A stretch of DNA of 64,000 nt, taken from assembly GCA_964413025.1 (NCBI GenBank), contig CAYPRG010000001.1, positions 464 to 64,463 on the forward strand. Direction: 5' to 3'. This DNA comes from an uncultured Planctomycetales bacterium. GTDB lineage: Bacteria; Omnitrophota; Gorgyraeia; Gygaellales; Profunditerraquicolaceae. A program made the position numbers and the translations under genes. Below are positions 13,101 through 19,100 of this stretch, piece by piece. The stretch's first letter is position 1; each line of letters opens with the position of its first letter. Under the pieces are notes generated by a model. That model searched no databases and was not told the DNA's origin. It saw only the letters and a program-made list of their open reading frames with translations.

Positions 13101-16100
13101 TAAATGCCCCTACATCATTATATAATGTCTGTCTCCGGAGAGGCTCGGTCCTATCAACAAGCACGCGCGGCGCAGAACTAGCGGAAGATTTGGTATCTTT
13201 AACGTAAAGGCTGAAAGCCCCGGGGAATTCTCTCCTATACAGGTTGGATATTTTCCGTACCGTTTTTAATCTGGTAAAGGAATCGGACATTCCGCATTTG
13301 ACTATAAAAATGACCGAATCCTTGGCTTCTCGTATTATCTTTTCCTCTAATTCTTCCATACCTATGCTATATGGGCCATAGTATAAAAATATGAAGTCAT
13401 AATCCGATATATCTACATTCCTTAAATCCTTATACAGCCACTCCACAGAACCGCTTCTTATTAAATTCTCATCAAGAGCCTGTCTTTCTGATATTTCGAC
13501 TAAGTTCTTAAACCTTTCATCAATTTCTACCCCGGTTGCCTGCGCGCCAAACAGTGCCGCTAAAATGGCTACGCGGCCATCACCGGAGCCGACATCGAGG
13601 AATTTTTTGCCTGGGCAGAGCCCTATCTTCTTAAAAAAACCTGCTACTGTCGCCACGTCCGACGGAAAGAATGTGCCGCCTCTTTCTCGTTGCCCTGGAC
13701 AGGTCCCATCAAAAGGCCTGATGCCTGCCTTATTATCTTTTAGCGTATGATCGCAAATCTGGGAAAGCCTTTTAACTGCTTTATTGTGTTTACTCCTTTC
13801 CCATAACTTGTCCGCATTTACCAACAGGGCAACCAGAGTAGTGCCGATAGGTATTAATATAGCAAGAGGAATAAGCGGGCCTCCGATAAAAATGATTATA
13901 GATAGAGCTATTATTGCTTCGATTGCTACTACGACTCCGAAGAAAGTTAAATTTGTTTTATTTAAAATTAGCCATTTTAAAAGGAGGGCCCCCGGGAAAG
14001 ATAGTAAATGAATGCTTGCTTCAAAGATTTCCTCGAGTTGTTGCCTAGTTAAAGGAAGGGATGAAAATATTGCTGCGCTAAGGAGTAAAACCCCTATGGA
14101 CATGGCAATAAGCAGCGGCGAGAGTGTAAAGCCGGAACGGTTAGCTAATGGATTGGGCCCGCGTTCTTTTTTAGGGTCGCTGTCTTTTTCATGAACAACC
14201 TTAATCGCCCTTTCCACCGGCGGTAATGCATCTTTTTTGCGTGAACCGACTCCGGGCAGCTCCATCTGCCATACACCTTTATCAATCTGCTGTACCTTCA
14301 TTACCTTAGTCATATTCAAAGATGAACCGACTTCCCTAAAGACGCCTTCCAGCTCACGGGCAATATTATGGGAAATAAGCGGATCACCGATTTGCGGCAC
14401 ATTATTTCTTAGTACGCCTGCTAGCAGCTGGACTAATTTCCTGGATGTTCTCCAGTCCAATTTTTTGGTAAAATCATGCTCTAATTCCCTGATATACCTG
14501 GTAATATCAATATTTTGCAAGTGGGCCTGCTTGACTTGATGTTTCTTTATCGCGGGCTTAGCTATGACGCTACGGACAAAAGAGGTTTTAATTTGCTCGG
14601 AATGCGAGACTTCCCTGATTATTGCCCGCATAACCTCTTCATCCGCCAGGACAATCAACCGGGTGCCGTATTCTTCGCTATCCATGGAGGTAACCATCCA
14701 GAAGACCGCTTTGAGGTGTTTCTGTGCCCTTTCCTTCTTCATAAAATCCACTATCGCGTCAAGATGCTCCTGCGTGTATTCAGACCAATTAACAAACTTT
14801 GTCTGGCCTATACAAAATCTGACTTTGCCCAGTGGAAATAATTTAGAATCCCATGTTAGGTCTTTAACGTTTGAATGCCTGGTGCAATAATTATGAATAG
14901 CCAGTTCATTTAAAAATGCCCCCATATCCTTAATATCTAAAATCTTCCTTAGCCGCTCTATTTCCTCTGCGTCTGCTTTAGTAGCAGTAGAAGACTCAAA
15001 AACATACCTTAACAGGTTGTGGGCATAACTAACCACATCTAAATCCCAACAGATGGCGCTTACAAGCATAAAAGCATCTGCCCGGGAAATATCAATGTTA
15101 CATTTACGGTAATCTTCCGCGACCATACTGCAAGTACATGACTCACAAGGCCTTAATAAGAAATCCTTCGGCAGGATAACCCCTTCAGGCACAGAATGAT
15201 GGTCTTTTCCATTAATGACTTCGAACTTCTTCAGCTCATCTCTTTCAACCTTAGTATGATCAAGCGGGATTAACTTTAATTTTTGCCGTATAACCGAAGA
15301 TCTCTCGGATATTTTTTTGATCAGAGGTTCTATTTCTGAATAAAAGATTAAATCGCTCTCTTTAATGCCGCATTTCTCTAAAATATATTTTGACCCGCTA
15401 TCAAGGCCATCCTGGGTAATGGGAATATACTTTATATTCTTAAATTCTGACGGGTATTTTTTAGCAATCTCCCAACAACGGTATGCTTCTCTATCCGCAG
15501 AGACTACTGCATCCGCCTCCGGGTAACGGTGGCCGATGCAGAGGACTATCTCGCCGGCTATCTTCCCCTTATAAACCGCCTTAAGATAAGCCTTTAACTT
15601 TTGCTTACATTCTTTACGATACATTTGAGAAGCAACCGGCTCTTTATAAGCAGGTATGACGCTGATATGATTGTGATTGGCTTTGACAGGATTGGCCTGT
15701 GGTAAATTGTAAACAACCCTGTCCAGATCCTTACTGAGCGTATCCCGGAATATACGGCTTGCCTCTATAAAATTATGCGTGAAATCCAATTCTTCATCCT
15801 TGACTTGGCTCAATAGAAGGATTTTTTTATTGCGCGCCTTATCGTTAAGTTCAGCCGGATTATTATACAATTGCAGGAATTCCCCAAAATCGTTAACCCC
15901 GAGCTGGCCCTTGGTAAGCTGGTAATATCTAAAAACCCAGAGAAACATCTCAAATGACTGCCAGGCAATCGCCGCAGCAAGCAAATTTGGACGATCTTTA
16001 ATAAGATTATAAACGGGTTCGCTGATATAAATCACTCCTCTTCTTAAAGAGTAACGCATATAGAAGAGCCCCTCAGCAGCGTTTCCTGCCAGAAATGGCG

Positions 16101-19100
16101 CTGGCTTTCCTTTTACCTCCAGGGCAACTATGCCAATATTCCTCTCATTCAGGAATTGTTTATATGCCCTCTGCAGTTCCAGTATCGGCAACCCGGTAAA
16201 ATATCCTGCGTAGATTAAGCCGGCAATGACCTGTTCTGATTCTCTCTTTATCCTGATGATAGATTCATCTATGTAATTTTTTTCCTTATAACGCCTGTCT
16301 TCATAGGCTCTCTCGCGAGGCGTAATCTTTATTTTCTTTTCTCCCCACAACAAATACATCGCCCTGCTTCTCTCAACTGCCTTTCTCAAAGTGGACTCAG
16401 GCATCCCTGGCCGCTTCATAAATAATTCATGTATTCCATGAGCTATATCCGCCGGCAGAATATGCGCTAACAACGGCTTTACCTTAACAATGCGCCTGAA
16501 TATTTTTCCGTGGCCATTAGTCCCGTTTATGGCCGCCAAAACATCTTCTTTCTTTATCTCTTTGTTTACTTCTTCAAACAGCTTCTCTATTTTCTCGCGG
16601 GGTATATCAAACTCTACCGTGCTCACTCTGTCGCCCAAATCTATGTTGTATATATGCTGGCCCCAACGCCGCATATGTGAATCTGCATCGTAAGACTGAT
16701 TAGCCAGCTCAATTGACCTCAGGAATATATTCACCACCGGGACAAAACGGCTGAGAAGCATCACCGGATTTACAACCAATGATTTAAATAACCAGTTCTC
16801 ATTAATAGCAACTAGCGCCTTCTTTATCACTTTGAATATGGTGCCATTCATTGAAGTAGGGTTTGTTTCCTCGCTTAGAAAAACGGCTACAACGGAATGA
16901 TTCTTATCCTGGGGAAAATTCTCCTGCTCCAGTAAGTAAATGGGGAAATAACTCTTAGGATGCGCTCCGCCGTCAATCAACCGCCATATCTTATATTCTC
17001 CCTTGTATTTACCTTCCCAAACCACAGGATTAAAAATAATTGGCAGGGACATAGTCGCCCTGATGGCAGTGCTTAAGAGCATATCCGGGCAGTTTTCTGC
17101 ATTCAACTCAAGCAGCTTTCCGGAAGTATGATCTACGGCCGTAACCGTAAGGCTGATAGGGTAACCTGCTTCTTGGAGTTCTCCGAGGGTAGGGATATGG
17201 CTAAATCTATCTTTTATTTTATTTTCTATCCATTCCAGGGCTTTTTCGCCTTTATATATACCTCCCTGGGAAAGCAAATTCCAGACGTTATCAAGGAACC
17301 CTTTCGGCGCGTCCATAAAGGTAGAAATGTTCATACTCAACATTTCTTCTTTTGCCGTTTCCACATCATAACCAAGCAAGACAAACAAACCAAAAATACC
17401 ACCTGCCGAGGTTCCGCCGATTTTATTGATGTAAAAACCCTTACCCGGGCCAAAAAGATTTCCCAACATGCTTAAAAAAGAAGGATAAGCTATACCCTTG
17501 ACTCCGCCTCCCTTAGCCACGCAGTAGGCAAGCGGCCTTTTTCCATCCCTGGATTTATTGATTCTCTGGATTAACTCCTTAATTCTTTCTTTTTTCCATT
17601 TTTTTAATTCGTTTTCAATATATTCGGTGAATTCTTTGGCGGTAGAGTGGAGCGGTTGAAGATTCGCGGAAGCAAGAATTTTTTGAAGCAGGATTAGTAA
17701 TTTTTCCGGAGGGGCATGGCTTTGTAAATACGGCAGATATTGGCTTTTGAGTATTTCCGCCGCGCTTCTATCTGTCTTTAAAAGCCCGCTTAATATCTTC
17801 AGGCACCTATCATAACTATTCCTATTCAACCACTCCAGGAATACCGCTTCTGAAATAACTCCATCCTCCCTGTCCGGATTAACTTTTTTTAAAACACTGT
17901 ACGCCTGCAAAACTTCATCCGGAATACTAACCCCTACAATAAAACCCTTAATTCTGTAAGCAATCAACTTCTCTATCTCTTCTAAACTTAATTTAATAAT
18001 TAGATTTAATAACTCCGGGCTTATTTCGCGTAGCTCTGGCATAGTCGCAGCATAACTGACGCGCTTTACTTCCCAATCTCTATACTCCGGCTCGCTAAAT
18101 ATCTTATCAAGGGTAGCCCTGGCTCTTTTTTGAAATATAGGGCAATGCATAAATATAATAGTCCTGACATTCTCTGGCCCAAAACCATTTTCCCTTAGTA
18201 TTTTTATGCTATTACGGATATTCTCTTCTGTGTTGGTAGATTTATCCTCCACTAAGATTGCGTTTTCAGGGACGCCGTTTTTAATCAGGCTGTCTTTACA
18301 GGATTCTGCCTCGGATATTGTTCCTTCCTTTGTTGCTATTCCCACTCCCCCGGAAACAACTATCATTTTTACCAGCCCCTCTTGATAGATTCCGGCGGCT
18401 TCTTCAGCAATACGCGGCGAATCAAGGCTGCCGGGGATTAATAATACATCCGCCTTTTCTCGCGGCAGTTTTTCTCTCTCAGTAAGAAAAGAAACTATAT
18501 ATCTAAGCGCCTTTTCTTCGCGGGCTTCTTTTTTAAAATCAGCTATGCCTGTGATTAACCCGTGCCAGATACAATATACGCTGAATATGAGCATAGGGAA
18601 GACGAAGAAGACTACTGTCAGGAATAAACAAATATCTTCTCCGCTGATAGAAGATAAACCGCCAAAAGGCATAGCCCAACAAAGAGTTGTTCTTAGTATA
18701 GCCGTTAGAAAAACAACTAAAAATACAATTGCCAGGCCGCGGGTTTTGGAAGCGTTTTCAATAAACCCAAAATTTTTTGCTTGCGCTTTTATTGCTTCTT
18801 CTTCGGTGGGATATTTTTCGTGAATCCTGATCTGTGAAATAATCCAACTTATCTGGTAAAAAGGATAATCCAGGTTATTAAGGATTTGCTCGAGTTCTTC
18901 TTTCTTCGCTTTACTAAAGGTTGTATTTGTAGCAATTTCAAATTTATTTACTAAATTTTTAGCTTTTGAAGTTAATGCCGGTATTAATCTCTCTATCTCT
19001 TTTCTTAATTCCTTTTTCTCTATGGCGGTAAATTCTCTGGATTCACGCAGCAGGCTAAGTTTTTTTAATCTGGGGGGGCCGGTAATTTTGCCTGATTTAA